From Escherichia coli (lineage in GTDB: Bacteria; Pseudomonadota; Gammaproteobacteria; Enterobacterales; Enterobacteriaceae): a stretch of 64,000 nt of DNA. Position numbers and translations under genes: made by a program. Shown in pieces: positions 22,078 through 34,205 of this stretch; the stretch's first letter is position 1; each line of letters opens with the position of its first letter. Location: the NCBI RefSeq assembly GCF_002854065.1, contig NZ_CP024147.1. One strand, written 5' to 3'. Under the pieces are notes generated by a model. That model was not told where the DNA came from. It was given only the letters and a program-made list of their open reading frames with translations, and searched no databases.

Positions 22078-23397
22078 TCAACTGCCCCAACGACTTTGCA
22101 GATAGCTGACCGCTTGTTGAGTCTGCGGTTTATTCAGATAGTCCTCACGGAACAAGATGGTGCCGCTAATTTCTGGTACCGCATCGTTAAGATCGAGCTG
22201 CTTTTTCAGTTCCGGTACGCCGCCGTTAATCATCCAGTCTGGCTCTATCTTTGAAGGTTCACCCACTTTATAGAAGGCGATACCGATATACAGGCGGGTC
22301 CTGGTCGGTTTAACGACATCCGCCCACCATTTTGCCAACACGTCATAACGCGCGGCACTCCGTGAGAACGGCCAGTAAATTTGGGGAGCAATGTAATCCA
22401 GCAATCCTTGTTCCACCCATCGACGGGTGTCAGCGTAGGATTCGTCATAGGCTGCCGCGCCTCGGGTATCGGAACCGAGCGGATCGTGTGATCGGTTACG
22501 CCACACGCCTGCCGGGCTAACGCCAAATTCGACTCCCGGCTTAATGCTTTTAATGGTGTGCGATACTTTTGCAATTAACTGCTGAGTATTGTTGCGCCGC
22601 CAGTCTGCTTTTGACGCAAATGCGCCTCCGTATTTGCGGTACGTTTCGTTATCATTTAGCCGTGAACCCGGTGACTCAGTATAGAAATAGTCGTCAAACT
22701 GCACGCCATCTACCGGATAGCGGGAAACCACTTCTGCGACTATTGATGTGATCCAGTCCTGAACCTCAGGGATGCCCGGGTCGAGGACAAAGCGATCGCC
22801 AGACGTTCTGATCCAGTCACGGTGTTGTACATAGACGCTCGCCGGTTGTTGAGACAGAGTGCTATTCAGTTCCCTGATAGTACCGGGTTTCGTATTAACC
22901 GATACGCGATAGGGGTTAAACCAGGCGTGTACTTTCATCCCACGCTTGTGGGCTTCGTCGAGCATGAATTGCAGCGGATCGTAACCCGGATTTTCACCAA
23001 TCTTACCGGTCATAAGATCGGACCACGGCAAAATTTTCGATGGCCACAGGGCGGTACCGTCCGGCTTGACCTGGAAAAAGACCGTGTTTATACCGAGACG
23101 TTGCAGATGATCCAGTTTGTCGATCATCGCCTGTTGTTGTACACGGGCCCGGCTGGTGGGGTTACTAATGTTAACCGAGGAAACCGGTGGCCAGTCGAGG
23201 CGAGACACCGTGGCCAGCCAGATACCACGCATCGGTTGTGACGATTGTTGCGTCGTGGCTGGTGGCTTTGAACCCGCTGGTGGTGTCACCATGGACTCTG
23301 GAGGCGTGCTTTTACAACTACACAGTAAAAGTGCCAGTGCAACCAGTATCGCTGGTCTTCTAATCGTTAATTTCTCGTTTCGGGAGCAGATATCCAT
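22078..23397 (-). CDS. yddW: Outer-membrane lipoprotein, glycoside hydrolase-like (DUF187 / GHL10)
   Basis: 439-aa ORF with lipoprotein signal (LALLLCSC) and a Pro/Thr-rich linker. Confidence 0.85.
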   Translation of the reverse strand: MDICSRNEKLTIRRPAILVALALLLCSCKSTPPESMVTPPAGSKPPATTQQSSQPMRGIWLATVSRLDWPPVSSVNISNPTSRARVQQQAMIDKLDHLQRLGINTVFFQVKPDGTALWPSKILPWSDLMTGKIGENPGYDPLQFMLDEAHKRGMKVHAWFNPYRVSVNTKPGTIRELNSTLSQQPASVYVQHRDWIRTSGDRFVLDPGIPEVQDWITSIVAEVVSRYPVDGVQFDDYFYTESPGSRLNDNETYRKYGGAFASKADWRRNNTQQLIAKVSHTIKSIKPGVEFGVSPAGVWRNRSHDPLGSDTRGAAAYDESYADTRRWVEQGLLDYIAPQIYWPFSRSAARYDVLAKWWADVVKPTRTRLYIGIAFYKVGEPSKIEPDWMINGGVPELKKQLDLNDAVPEISGTILFREDYLNKPQTQQAVSYLQSRWGS

Positions 23398-23469
23398 ATG
23401 TGCTGGTTTCCGGTAAACAGATGTGCGCTCATTCTCGTACTTATCCCGGTTAAGTCAATACGACAGCAA

Positions 23470-23503
23470 GCACGAAAAAGGGAGCGATGAATTATCGCTC
23501 CCT
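23470..23503 (-). terminator. Rho-independent terminator of gadBC
   Basis: Minus strand: aagggagcgat-aattc-atcgctccctt hairpin followed by UUUUCGUGCUU. Confidence 0.5.
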
Positions 23504-23527
23504 TGTCTTATAACCATTCAGACATAG

Positions 23528-25063
23528 TTAGTGTTTCTTGTCATTCATCACAATATAGTGTGGTGAACGTGCACGCGGGTGCAGGAAGAAGTGACCTTTT
23601 GGTGCGTTCTGACTGTTGATTGGCTCCAGAGTGACGCCGGTATTCGCTTTGCCTTTACGATCATGAACAGCATAGAGAATAAAGGGCAGGGCAAGTACCA
23701 CCAGGAAACTAACGACCAGTAATTCAACATACATATCGGTAGAGTCACCCTGGATGTTATCCGGCGGCAGGAAGGAAACAATAAACGCCATAATTGAAGT
23801 CAGCAGACCGACAATTGCCACGACCAGTTTCACCCCTTTACCACCAGGGATATTAAATGTGCGTTTTAAGTCAGGATGTTTAAGAACCAACACAATGTAG
23901 CCAATAAACAGCATGAAATAAGCACACAGATAAATCACCACCGTCAGCGCCAGTGCGATCAGGAAGGACATGTTGTTACCGCCACCGGTATTGGTGAGGA
24001 TGATCAACGCGATAGAAGTAATCACCAGCTGTGAAATGACCAGCGTTACCGGTACGCCATTTTTGTTCATTTTAGCGAATGCCGCTGGCAGCAGGTTTTT
24101 CTGCGCTGTGACATACATCCCGCGAGAAGGACCAACAATCCAGGAGGCGATTTCCGCCAGAACACCCAGCAACAGCAGTGCGGAGATCACGCGAACCGTC
24201 CACTCAATTTCCGGTGCCACATGAGACATCAGAACGGTAAAGGTTTGCATTACCCCTGCGGAGAGGTTGATTTCATTACCCGGAATGACCATCGCAATAG
24301 ACAAACCACCAACAGAGCTTAAGCAGATTGCCGCCACCATCAGCAGTAACATAGCCAACGGATAGTCGCGCCCTGGGTTGCTCATTTCATTGACGTGGGT
24401 TGCGGATGCTTCTACGCCCATATAACTCAAAATGAAGGCAACAAATACAACCAGGGTGCCCACTTTAGAGAAGTCAGGGAAGAAGGTCTTCGAATCCATT
24501 TCGATAGCAACGGGGGCACCGGAGTGCAGATAAATAGCCGCTAATGCAATCAAAATAAATGCAGGTAACAGGATGCCGGCGAAGAAGCCAACTTTAGCAA
24601 TTCGCGCCGTGTATTTCGTGCCACCAAACTGCGTTAATGCCAGCGCCCAAAGAATGATGAGTGCTGCAATAGTTTTGGTAATGGGGTCTTCATTCAGCGC
24701 TGGCCATTTCAGGATGTAGGAGAGTGCCCCTAACACGAAATAGAGCATCGGAATAAAACCAATGGCGATTTGCAGATAGCCAAATGAGATCGCTGCAAAT
24801 CCCCATCTCGGCCCCAGAGTATTTGATACCCAGGCGAAGACACCACCTTCTTCCCAGCCGTCGACGGTGGCCATTTCCGCAGCACAAAGTCCCACGGGAA
24901 TAAACCATAAAATCCCGCCTAATAGCAGGAAGAAGACTAATGAAAAGCCCGATGTTGCGAAGGTAGGGTATTCATAAACAGCCATTACCATCGATGCCGT
25001 TATGGCAAAAAAGCCGAGTAATGTGAGCTGCTTAGCTTTACCTGTCTGTACTGATGTAGCCAT
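23528..25063 (-). CDS. gadC: Glutamate:GABA antiporter (APC family)
   Basis: 511-aa polytopic membrane ORF immediately downstream of gadB. Confidence 0.9.
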   Translation of the reverse strand: MATSVQTGKAKQLTLLGFFAITASMVMAVYEYPTFATSGFSLVFFLLLGGILWFIPVGLCAAEMATVDGWEEGGVFAWVSNTLGPRWGFAAISFGYLQIAIGFIPMLYFVLGALSYILKWPALNEDPITKTIAALIILWALALTQFGGTKYTARIAKVGFFAGILLPAFILIALAAIYLHSGAPVAIEMDSKTFFPDFSKVGTLVVFVAFILSYMGVEASATHVNEMSNPGRDYPLAMLLLMVAAICLSSVGGLSIAMVIPGNEINLSAGVMQTFTVLMSHVAPEIEWTVRVISALLLLGVLAEIASWIVGPSRGMYVTAQKNLLPAAFAKMNKNGVPVTLVISQLVITSIALIILTNTGGGNNMSFLIALALTVVIYLCAYFMLFIGYIVLVLKHPDLKRTFNIPGGKGVKLVVAIVGLLTSIMAFIVSFLPPDNIQGDSTDMYVELLVVSFLVVLALPFILYAVHDRKGKANTGVTLEPINSQNAPKGHFFLHPRARSPHYIVMNDKKH

Positions 25064-25162
25064 ATTATCCCCCTAAAACGGTATTCCTGTCGGAACCGCA
25101 CCTGTTTTGTTCTGAAGCGTATTCAGAACAATATTTTCCGTTGCTAATGCCAGTGAACAGAC

Positions 25163-25188
25163 TTTGGAAATTGTCCCGAAACGGGTTC
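25163..25188 (-). terminator. Hairpin between gadB and gadC (partial terminator / attenuator)
   Basis: gtcccgaaac-ggttc-gtttcgggac perfect 10-bp stem. Confidence 0.4.
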
Positions 25189-25218
25189 GTTTCGGGACAC
25201 CGTTACCGTTAAACGTTA

Positions 25219-26619
25219 TCAGGTATGTTTAAAGCTGTTCTGTTGGGCAATACCCTGCAGTTTCGGGTGATCGCTGAGATATTTCAGGGAGGCTTTGTAG
25301 TCTTCCAGCAACAGTTCAGCAAAGTCCATTTCGAAGCCGCGACGACACATAATGCGCATCACCACGATGTCGGTGGCTTCACCGCCGAGAGTGAAGGCCG
25401 GAACCTGCCAGCCGCGCAGACGCAGACGTTCAGAGAGGTCGTACAGGGTGTATCCCGGATCTTCACCCTCTTTCAGTTTGAAGCAAACCGCCGGGATGCC
25501 TTCGTCCGGGCGACCCGTACAGATGAACTCATACGGCCCCAGTTTGGCGATTTCATCCGCCAGATAAGCAGCAACCTGGTAAGAGGCGTTCTGTACTTTG
25601 GTGTAGCCTTCACGACCGAGGCGCAGGAATTCATAGTACTGTGCAATTACCTGACCTGCCGGGCGGGAGAAGTTGATGGCAAAAGTACCAATCTGACCAC
25701 CCAGGTAGTCAACGTTGAACACCAGTTCCTGCGGCAGCGCTTCTTCGTCACGCCAGATAACCCAGCCGCAGCCCAGCGGAGCCAGACCGAATTTATGGCC
25801 TGAAGCACTGATCGATTTCACACGCGGCAGGCGGAAGTCCCAGACGATATCCGGGGCGACGAACGGTGCCAGGAAGCCACCGCTGGCGGCGTCGATGTGC
25901 ATGTCGATGTCGATACCGGTGTCGGCCTGGAATTTATCCAGCGCATCGTGCAGCGGTTGCGGGAACTCATAGTTACCGGTGTAGGTCACGCCGAAAGTCG
26001 GCACCACGCCGATGGTATTTTCGTCGCAGGCTTCAATCATGCGTTTCGGATCCATAAACAACTGACCGGGGCGCATAGGGATCTCACGCAGCTCCACATC
26101 CCAGTAGCGGGCGAATTTATGCCAGCAGATTTGCACCGGACCGCACACCAGGTTTGGTTTATCCGTTGGTTTGCCTGCAGCTTCCATACGCTTGCGCCAA
26201 CGCCATTTCATCGCCATCCCGCCGAGCATACAGGCCTCGGAAGAACCAATGGTGTTGGTGCCAACGGCCTGACCATTTTTCGGCGCAGGCGCATGCCACA
26301 GATCGGCAACCATATTTACGCAACGCAGGTCGATGGCTGCAGATTGCGGATATTCTTCTTTGTCGATCCAGTTTTTGTTAATGGATAAATCCATCAACTT
26401 GTGGACATTTTCGTCGTCCCAGGTCTGGCAGAAAGTGGCCAGGTTCTGACGAGCGTTGCCATCAAGATATAATTCGTCATTGATAATCTGAAATGCGACA
26501 TCGTCGCGCATTTCGTGCAGCGGAAAACGTTTTGATTCTGCGATAGTGGAAATAGACTTCGCACCAAAACGTGAATCGAGTAGTTCCGACCTTAAATCCG
26601 TTACTTGCTTCTTATCCAT
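25219..26619 (-). CDS. gadB: Glutamate decarboxylase beta (PLP-dependent)
   Basis: Start taken at [22 protein letters not shown] (466 aa); PLP-lysine region [15 protein letters not shown]. Confidence 0.9.
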   Translation of the reverse strand: MDKKQVTDLRSELLDSRFGAKSISTIAESKRFPLHEMRDDVAFQIINDELYLDGNARQNLATFCQTWDDENVHKLMDLSINKNWIDKEEYPQSAAIDLRCVNMVADLWHAPAPKNGQAVGTNTIGSSEACMLGGMAMKWRWRKRMEAAGKPTDKPNLVCGPVQICWHKFARYWDVELREIPMRPGQLFMDPKRMIEACDENTIGVVPTFGVTYTGNYEFPQPLHDALDKFQADTGIDIDMHIDAASGGFLAPFVAPDIVWDFRLPRVKSISASGHKFGLAPLGCGWVIWRDEEALPQELVFNVDYLGGQIGTFAINFSRPAGQVIAQYYEFLRLGREGYTKVQNASYQVAAYLADEIAKLGPYEFICTGRPDEGIPAVCFKLKEGEDPGYTLYDLSERLRLRGWQVPAFTLGGEATDIVVMRIMCRRGFEMDFAELLLEDYKASLKYLSDHPKLQGIAQQNSFKHT

Positions 26620-26698
26620 TTTAAACTCCTTAAAATGATTGGATCGCATTAAAAAAGTAGGATTTATCGATAAAGTAAGCAAGTGCAAAGGACTCGTG

Positions 26699-26718
26699 TT
26701 TAAATAACAAAATCCTAA
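26699..26718 (-). promoter_or_regulatory. GAD box (GadE binding site) upstream of gadB
   Basis: Minus-strand sequence TTAGGATTTTGTTATTTAAA is an exact match to the 20-bp GAD-box consensus, about 80 bp upstream of the gadB start. Confidence 0.65.
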
Positions 26719-26980
26719 TGTTATTTATCGTGAGATATTGTTGGAATAATATTTTTTCATTAAAAAACAATGCAATAGAGAGCTCTTGGGTGGTGGCAAG
26801 GTGTTCTATGTTGTTATTTTTATGCGCTTTCTGTGCCTCCTAAATTATCACGTAAAAATCAGACCTTAAAATATCACTATTAGTACTTGGTTATTATTTT
26901 GAACGCATTTATAAAATTATTACATAAAAATAGCGAATATTGCTAAAATCCCCGCCAACGATGTGTTGACGGGGCTGTTA

Positions 26981-29776
26981 TTATTTAGGTAATAATACTC
27001 CGGTATAAGTATTTACCGGATGAGAAAGATATTGTTTAACGGCAGTGTTAACATTCTCTACCGTCATTTGTTTCAACAATTGCTCCTGCTCAGTCCATGC
27101 TGCAGGATCGTCATATTGAATAAGACTATTTACAATGGTGTTCGCTAATTGTTGAACGCTACGCTGTTGGATATCGAGGCTGCGCTGAACGTTTTGCTGG
27201 TATTCATTCAGTTCTTGCTCACTGATCCCTTTAGCCAGACGCTTAACCATCACTTCATTCGCTAACGTTAACAGTTCATCATGTCGTTCTGGTTGACAAG
27301 TAAAAGCCAGCAAATGACTGATATCTTTGGCCTGAGGATCAACCGAGAGGCGAGAAGAAACGCTGTATGCTCCAGATGCCTGTTCACGAATATTAACGCG
27401 TAGATCTTTTGCCAGTGCGACGTTAAAAGCATCGAGCGCCATACGCGTCGCCAGATTAACAGGTGTCCGGGAATCATAACGCCTCCACTGTGAAACCTGT
27501 GCTACAGGTTCATTTTGTTCCTTTACAGTAACCGATGCGTTGTCCGTCGCGCGAGTTAATGGTTTACCTGCGGCTAATGGCGAATCAGAGTGTTTGATTG
27601 ATCCTAAGTAACGCGTAATTAACGCCACGAGTTTGTCTTCTGCGACATTACCGACAATGACAAACGTGATATCCGCTGGAGATGAAAACAACTGGCGATC
27701 GGCAGCCAGCGCATCTGCGGCAGTAAACTGTGCAATCTGATTTTCTTGCAGTAATTTCGTGCGGTCATCAGCATAGCGCGTCTCATACATCTGCTGGGCG
27801 AATTTCTCCGCTGGACGCTGGTCGAGCGTTTTCAACGCCTGAATTTGAGCATTTTGTAGCGATGCCCAAATATTGTCGTTAATCGTGCTGTGGGTGATTC
27901 GCTGGTTAATCAAGTGAAAACCAGGTTCAGGGTTATTAGTCCGCGCGCTAACGGAGAGCAACGTATTCATGCCACTGACTTTACTGCTCATGGTTACCGA
28001 GTTTTCCGCACTCCAGCGTTTCAGGCTGGAAGAGGAGAGTTCGCCAACGCCGCTTCCGCTAACTGCTTTATTTGCCAGCGCGATAAGTGATTTTTGCTGC
28101 GCAGGGAAACTTAAATCGCCTTTATTCGATACGGCAATAATTTGTAGCTTTTGCTCTTCACCCGCGGATTTTGCCAGAATAACCTTGGCACCATTGGAAA
28201 GTGTTAATGATGTCAGATTCTCAGCCAGCGTTTCTTTGCTGCTAATTTCCGCCTGTGGGTCAGCGTCTACTGTTAACGATAAATTTCTGCCTGGGAAGAT
28301 GTAAGCCGCCAGCTTTTTGTTAGCGTACTCTTTTTCCAGCGCCAGGATAGCCGCAGGAGACAATGCTTTTTTTGCGGCAAGCTCATTGTTTACCATTTGC
28401 TCCCAAAATGCGTCCTGGTTCTTTCTTAACTGCTGCCATTTTTCCGCCAGACTTTGCACGGTAATTTGCTGCCACAGACGTTTCGAAAGTTGATATGTCT
28501 CTTCCGGCGACAAGAACGGCGTATTATTTAATGAGCTGGATGCCAGGCGACTGGTCAGCATACGTAAATCACGCTCAGCTTGCTGATCAACCGCATTTTT
28601 CAGCCAGGTGAGGCGGGTAGATTTGACATCATCGAGTTCTTCAGCAGAAAAACCATGCTGATCAATGGTTGCCAACTCTGCCATTAATGCATTCGCAGCA
28701 TCCTGCATATTATCGCCTCGTGCATTTACACGGAAAAACAGCGACTGATAATCGGGTGCAATTTTAACGCTGCGCGCAGTGCCGCCAGAAATAGTCTTCA
28801 ACTCACCCGACTGTATACGTTCCTGCAGACGTTGATTGAACAGCTGAACTAACATGCTCCATTCAGCTTGTTCGATAAAGCTTTGCTCATCGTTCACTTG
28901 TACCATTGGCAGGCGATAATAGAGTGCGATGCCGTTCACCCGGTTTTCTTTATCATTAATGATATTAAAGCGCAGGTGGTTTTCGGCTTTTGTCGGCCAG
29001 ACGCGATTTTCAGCTGCTTTGTTAGCCGGAAGCTTACTTAAATTATCCTTTATCAGCGCCAGCGCTTCTTTACTGTCGATATCGCCGACCACGATAAAGG
29101 TCATATTATTTGGTTGATACCAGCGTTGATAAAATTGGCGCAATTGTGCCGGTGTGACCGTGGCGACAGTATCCATCAGGCCGATAGGTTCACGGTCTAA
29201 ATTACGGGTATTTGCCAGCAGGAAAGGGCGGCGCGCCTGAGAGGTGCGCCATTTCGTATCCTGATGGGCACGCCATTCCTCAGTAATTACGCCGCGTTCA
29301 GCGTCTACTTCGAGTTTTTCAAAGGTTGCGGCATTACTCCATTCACTGAAGATTGCCATCACTTGTTGCAGATTTTGTTTCTGCGTAGTTGGCAAACTCA
29401 CCTGATACACCGTTTCGTCATAGCTGGTATAGGCATTAACATCGCGACCAAAACGCAGGCCCATTGACTCAAATGTTTCGATGACTTTATTACCCGGCCA
29501 TGTTTTTGTGCCGTTAAACATCATATGTTCTACAAAATGAGCCACGCCGCGCTCATTGTCTTCTTCCTGCAATGAACCGGTATGAATTTGCAGCCATAAG
29601 TTTACCTGATCCTTTGGATGAGCATGCGGATAAATCATATATCGCAAGCCATTGTCCAGTTGCCCGGTAATTAACTTTTCATCCTGCGGTAAGGCGGCGG
29701 CAATCAGCCGCCCGGGGAGCAACAGAGTTGCCACTAACGTCAGTAAGAAACAGAGGTTTCTCATAATTATCTCCAT
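26981..29776 (-). CDS. pqqL: Periplasmic zinc metallopeptidase, M16 (pitrilysin) family
   Basis: 931-aa ORF with signal peptide and inverted zincin motif HFVEHMMFNG. Confidence 0.85.
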   Translation of the reverse strand: MEIIMRNLCFLLTLVATLLLPGRLIAAALPQDEKLITGQLDNGLRYMIYPHAHPKDQVNLWLQIHTGSLQEEDNERGVAHFVEHMMFNGTKTWPGNKVIETFESMGLRFGRDVNAYTSYDETVYQVSLPTTQKQNLQQVMAIFSEWSNAATFEKLEVDAERGVITEEWRAHQDTKWRTSQARRPFLLANTRNLDREPIGLMDTVATVTPAQLRQFYQRWYQPNNMTFIVVGDIDSKEALALIKDNLSKLPANKAAENRVWPTKAENHLRFNIINDKENRVNGIALYYRLPMVQVNDEQSFIEQAEWSMLVQLFNQRLQERIQSGELKTISGGTARSVKIAPDYQSLFFRVNARGDNMQDAANALMAELATIDQHGFSAEELDDVKSTRLTWLKNAVDQQAERDLRMLTSRLASSSLNNTPFLSPEETYQLSKRLWQQITVQSLAEKWQQLRKNQDAFWEQMVNNELAAKKALSPAAILALEKEYANKKLAAYIFPGRNLSLTVDADPQAEISSKETLAENLTSLTLSNGAKVILAKSAGEEQKLQIIAVSNKGDLSFPAQQKSLIALANKAVSGSGVGELSSSSLKRWSAENSVTMSSKVSGMNTLLSVSARTNNPEPGFHLINQRITHSTINDNIWASLQNAQIQALKTLDQRPAEKFAQQMYETRYADDRTKLLQENQIAQFTAADALAADRQLFSSPADITFVIVGNVAEDKLVALITRYLGSIKHSDSPLAAGKPLTRATDNASVTVKEQNEPVAQVSQWRRYDSRTPVNLATRMALDAFNVALAKDLRVNIREQASGAYSVSSRLSVDPQAKDISHLLAFTCQPERHDELLTLANEVMVKRLAKGISEQELNEYQQNVQRSLDIQQRSVQQLANTIVNSLIQYDDPAAWTEQEQLLKQMTVENVNTAVKQYLSHPVNTYTGVLLPK

Positions 29777-29820
29777 GCGAAAACCGGGCGAATTTACCCG
29801 GTTAAGTAAAATCCGAACTA

Positions 29821-32193
29821 TTAAAATTTCATGCTGACATCAAGCCAGAAAGTACGGCCACTGGCGTAGGTCGCCACACCGGTATTCGTTGTATCAACCG
29901 CGGTTTTGCTATCCAGTACATTGAGAATATCGGCACTGATCGTCAGGTTTTGTTGTTTCAGAAATTGTGGCGTCCAGGACAAGCGGGTGTCCCAGGTCAG
30001 GCTGCTATCCAGTTTTTCGTCAACATACTGCTTGTAATCTGAATATTCGCTGATGTGTTGCGCATTCGTCTTACCCAGGATAATGCGAGCTTTACGCGCT
30101 TCTTGCCAGGCCAGCGTATTCGCCCACACCAACCCGCTCGGTTGATGCGTGAAATCCATGTTTAAGGAGATCTTTAATGGGTTATTAAAATCCGCCACTG
30201 GAACGCTATCGTAAGAAACCAGATTGCCGTTATAAACCACCTGGTTATCACCGGTATTGCTCTCCTCATAACCATTGTTTAACGACAAGTTACCCTTGCT
30301 CTTGATATAGCTAAAGACAATTTGCGGGTTAATATCTACCTGGCGGATATGCAGGGGTTCGGCCAGTTCAAAACTGAGGTTGAACGAATGCGTTTTGGTT
30401 TTGCCGTCGTTGTTATATTCAGTAATGGTGGTTTTAGTCGCGCTGTCGGTACGACTGCTTTTGCTGATTTGATCATGCGCTTCACGGTAAACATAGTTTG
30501 CGCGCGCAATAACGTTCTTACCGATTTTTTGCTGCAATCCCATTGCCAGTTCATCGTTATAAGGCGTTTTCAAATCCTGATAACGCGTCAGGGTTTTATT
30601 ACCTGATACCGATTCCGTCCAGCTATTGCGGATATCACGTAATCCCATATCAAGAATATTCCCGCCATAGTAACGGTTATAACCTGCTGTAATCATTGAG
30701 GTTTGATCAGCAAAAATATCCCATTCCGTCATAAAGCGCGGGGAGATATTGTGGTTTGACAGATAGTTGTCATAGTCATACCGCACGCCGGGCATTAATG
30801 ACACATTACGCCAGCTAATGCGATCCGCCATATACAGTGTGTAGTTGTCAATTCCCAGGCTGCCTTTACCTTTATGGTAAATGGTATGGTTAGTTTTCTT
30901 TCCGGCAGCATTAATCACATAGGATTCAGACTGGTTATGGCGTTCAGTCCACGCATCGGAATAGATGTATTCCGCGCCGAAGTAGGGTTGATGCGAAACA
31001 TTACCCACGGCGAATTTTTGCCAGTCCAGGCGTGTTTTGAAGGTGTAATTATCTACAGCCTGGGAAATGTGTCCTAATCCGCCACGGGTGCAACGCCCTG
31101 TAATATCACCATATGTACATGAAAGTTCGGTGTACCAGATGTCATGATCGTGACGGGTATAATCACTAATATGATCCCAACCAACGGTGGTACGTAGTTT
31201 GGCCCATGCGAGCTGCGTATCCATATCCCATGCCAGACCATAGGATTTATTACCCATTTCGCGATCAGACTGCGGGAAGGTGCTGGTATTATAATCACGG
31301 CTGGAGCCGGTATATTTTAAGGTTAAATCGTGGGTAAAGCGGTCGCTGGCAAACCAGGTAAATTTGCTCAATGCAGTATCGATAACGTTTTTATACTGTG
31401 CCCGACCGGCGACAATGCCGTCATTCGAAACATAATCCGCGCGGGTGATATCTGACTGGCGGCGCGATAAACCGGCGGTAACGCCAAAGTTATCAGCGAG
31501 TTCCTGATTAAACGACAAGGTATAAAAGTTCTTTTTAAAATCTGGGGAGTAATAAGTACTTCCTGAAGAGCCTTGATTAAATGCGCTCTTGTTATTCTCA
31601 TCGATATGCGATGTTAACCAGTCCGAACGCGTAGTGCGATAACCCAGTTTCACGCTGCTATCATCAGCGTTGAAGCGTTTGATCTTTGCATCAATTACCC
31701 CGCCATTGAAGCGACCGAATTCAACCGGCACAAAACTGTCATAAAGCGTCACATTGTCCAGTAAGCTGACATCAAGATAATACCCCTGTGACATCCCGCT
31801 AATATTGGTTGCACTACTGGCATCGGACTCATTCGCTGGGTTCAGGTTATTAGTGGCACTAATACCGTCAATCAAATAGGCATTCTGATAGGGCGACGCA
31901 CCGTGAATAGAGATTTTCTCCGGGCGAATATCTCCCTGGTTCAACGAGGTACTTTGCGTTGAATCCATGCGTACCGCAGGGTTGGTTCTCAGCAGATCGC
32001 TGATATTGCCATTCCCGGTCGGTAAACGCTCGATGCTTTCACTGGTGTAATGCGTGTTGCCGTTTACGGGTACAGGGACAGGAGCATAGACCGTCATCTC
32101 TTCAAAAACATGCATGTACATGTTTTTGTCATCGACGGCCTGCGCCACATCAGCGCCACATAAAATGACGCCAGGAATAAGAACTCGCTTCAT
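29821..32193 (-). CDS. yddB: TonB-dependent outer-membrane receptor
   Basis: 790-aa ORF with signal peptide, plug region and C-terminal aromatic residue (…LDVSMKF). Confidence 0.85.
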   Translation of the reverse strand: MKRVLIPGVILCGADVAQAVDDKNMYMHVFEEMTVYAPVPVPVNGNTHYTSESIERLPTGNGNISDLLRTNPAVRMDSTQSTSLNQGDIRPEKISIHGASPYQNAYLIDGISATNNLNPANESDASSATNISGMSQGYYLDVSLLDNVTLYDSFVPVEFGRFNGGVIDAKIKRFNADDSSVKLGYRTTRSDWLTSHIDENNKSAFNQGSSGSTYYSPDFKKNFYTLSFNQELADNFGVTAGLSRRQSDITRADYVSNDGIVAGRAQYKNVIDTALSKFTWFASDRFTHDLTLKYTGSSRDYNTSTFPQSDREMGNKSYGLAWDMDTQLAWAKLRTTVGWDHISDYTRHDHDIWYTELSCTYGDITGRCTRGGLGHISQAVDNYTFKTRLDWQKFAVGNVSHQPYFGAEYIYSDAWTERHNQSESYVINAAGKKTNHTIYHKGKGSLGIDNYTLYMADRISWRNVSLMPGVRYDYDNYLSNHNISPRFMTEWDIFADQTSMITAGYNRYYGGNILDMGLRDIRNSWTESVSGNKTLTRYQDLKTPYNDELAMGLQQKIGKNVIARANYVYREAHDQISKSSRTDSATKTTITEYNNDGKTKTHSFNLSFELAEPLHIRQVDINPQIVFSYIKSKGNLSLNNGYEESNTGDNQVVYNGNLVSYDSVPVADFNNPLKISLNMDFTHQPSGLVWANTLAWQEARKARIILGKTNAQHISEYSDYKQYVDEKLDSSLTWDTRLSWTPQFLKQQNLTISADILNVLDSKTAVDTTNTGVATYASGRTFWLDVSMKF

Positions 32194-32230
32194 TTATTTA
32201 TATCTCCGTACAGCAGGGCTTTTATTGTTT

Positions 32231-33916
32231 TTATAAAACCGCGCTAATGTCACAAATATCATCTGCCAGGTTCCAGACACCGGGTTGATGTGTAACCATA
32301 ATGACGCCGCTTGTGGGTAGTTTTTCACGCACTAAACGCAGTAAGCGGATAGCCTCTTGTTCCTCAAGATGAGAGGTAGTTTCGTCAAGAAATATCCATT
32401 TCGGACGTCGTAAAATTAATCGTGCCAGGGCTATACGTTGTTTTTCGCCGCTGGAAAGAATATCTCCCCAGCGATCGTGGTCATGAATACGCGCAGCCAA
32501 TTTCCCCAGACCAACCTGATGCAGTACTTCGCTCAAGGATTTATCGTCTACGGGCAGGGGAAGTGCTTTACAAATAATCTCTTTCAGTAAGCCGGTTTTG
32601 ATTAACGGTGTTTGTGACACATACCAACTGTCAGCAGGAGAAGAAATATCACCTTTAAACCACGGCCAGCAGTGGGATAATGTTTTAAGCAGTGTGGTTT
32701 TTCCCGCACCAGAGTAGCCTTTCAGTAATAGCCATTTGCCTGGCGAAACATGAAAGTTCAAGTTCTCTAATATGATCTTATTATCAGGCGTACGAATACT
32801 CGCATCAGCCACTTGTACCGCATGTTGGCAATTTTTAGGCTTATTCGTAGGGCGATGTTCGGTGAGTTGATGGAACTCATACAAGCGATCGATAACCGCA
32901 GCCAGTTCAGCAAGTTCGTCATATTTATAAATAAACCAGCTTAAATTGTTCGATACCAGCATAAAGGCCTGGCGCGATTTCATCAGTCCGCCCAGATTGA
33001 TCTGTCCGCTAATAAACTGTGGCAATAACAGTAAGTAGGGAAGAACGCTAAGCGAGCGCGAATAAATATTCTGCCAGTAATCAAGCCACCGCTGACGATT
33101 CATTAAACGATGCCAGTTCTCTTTAATGGTATGAAAATTGTCGCTCAACTCCTGGCGTTGTAGAGACTCAGCATTGCTTAGCGCAATCAGTTCTGCCTGT
33201 TTATTATGCTGCACAAGATTAGTTCGAAATGTCGCTTCGCTACGTTGTTTTTCCACATTAAGCGGACGAATACGTTTACCCACCTTATGGGTAAATAAAG
33301 TTCCACCGATCACAATGAGCACGACGGTATAGACCATATACCCCTGGATATTCCATTCTGTTCCACCAACAGTGAATGAGAGCGTACCCGCGCTTTGCCA
33401 AAGAATAATGGTAAAGGTGATCAGCATGCTAAGTGACTGGATGAAGCCAAATGAAAGACTGAGCGTTTTGCTGATCAGTAAGAGAATGTCTTCAGCGATA
33501 CGTTGGTCAGGGTTATCTGTATTTTTATGCTCGCCGTAGATCTGCGTGAAGTAGTAGTTTTTATCTGCAAACCACCGATTAAGGTAGTAATCTGTTAACC
33601 ATTCGCGCCAGCGAATAGTCAGCAGTTTAATTAACCATGTTTTGTTTACTGATATTAATACAAAGATCCCCAGCAGGGCAGGGAACCAAAGGACAAGCTG
33701 CCAAAGCTTATCGGTTTCTTTCTGGCTTAGCGCATTGAAAAAATCATTATTCCAGTCGTTTAACCAGACCTGAATTTTAACCACGCCAAGGATCATGGCG
33801 AGGATAATAATGATTAACAACACTGAAGTTTTATTATTCTTACGCAGCCAAAAGGGCTTCAGCAGACAGAGATACTTTGCTATCAACATACAAAACGTAA
33901 TGGGAATGGTTATCAT
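32231..33916 (-). CDS. yddA: ABC transporter, fused permease/ATPase (SbmA/BacA-like TMD)
   Basis: 561 aa; N-terminal TM domain, C-terminal NBD with Walker A GYSGAGKTT and signature LSSGEKQR. Confidence 0.8.
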   Translation of the reverse strand: MITIPITFCMLIAKYLCLLKPFWLRKNNKTSVLLIIIILAMILGVVKIQVWLNDWNNDFFNALSQKETDKLWQLVLWFPALLGIFVLISVNKTWLIKLLTIRWREWLTDYYLNRWFADKNYYFTQIYGEHKNTDNPDQRIAEDILLLISKTLSLSFGFIQSLSMLITFTIILWQSAGTLSFTVGGTEWNIQGYMVYTVVLIVIGGTLFTHKVGKRIRPLNVEKQRSEATFRTNLVQHNKQAELIALSNAESLQRQELSDNFHTIKENWHRLMNRQRWLDYWQNIYSRSLSVLPYLLLLPQFISGQINLGGLMKSRQAFMLVSNNLSWFIYKYDELAELAAVIDRLYEFHQLTEHRPTNKPKNCQHAVQVADASIRTPDNKIILENLNFHVSPGKWLLLKGYSGAGKTTLLKTLSHCWPWFKGDISSPADSWYVSQTPLIKTGLLKEIICKALPLPVDDKSLSEVLHQVGLGKLAARIHDHDRWGDILSSGEKQRIALARLILRRPKWIFLDETTSHLEEQEAIRLLRLVREKLPTSGVIMVTHQPGVWNLADDICDISAVL

Positions 33917-34205
33917 TAGCGAAAATTGATTGTGCCATCCAATGATTATCTATGGCAATGATTTACTGATGAAATTTATTTAAGTATCATTTAACAATAT
34001 GAAATATATAGAAATATTTAATTTTCAGTGGTTATGGTTATGCTATTGATAATCAAGGGTATTGCTAATGCCCTGACGCATACCACGTATGCCAGGATTT
34101 TCGCAAGGGAAGATGATATGACGAAACACCCAACAGGAATTTATGTCGGGTGTCTTGTTAAGGCCATAAGAAGGAGGCTAAGACTGGAGCAAAGAGGGAG
34201 CGTTA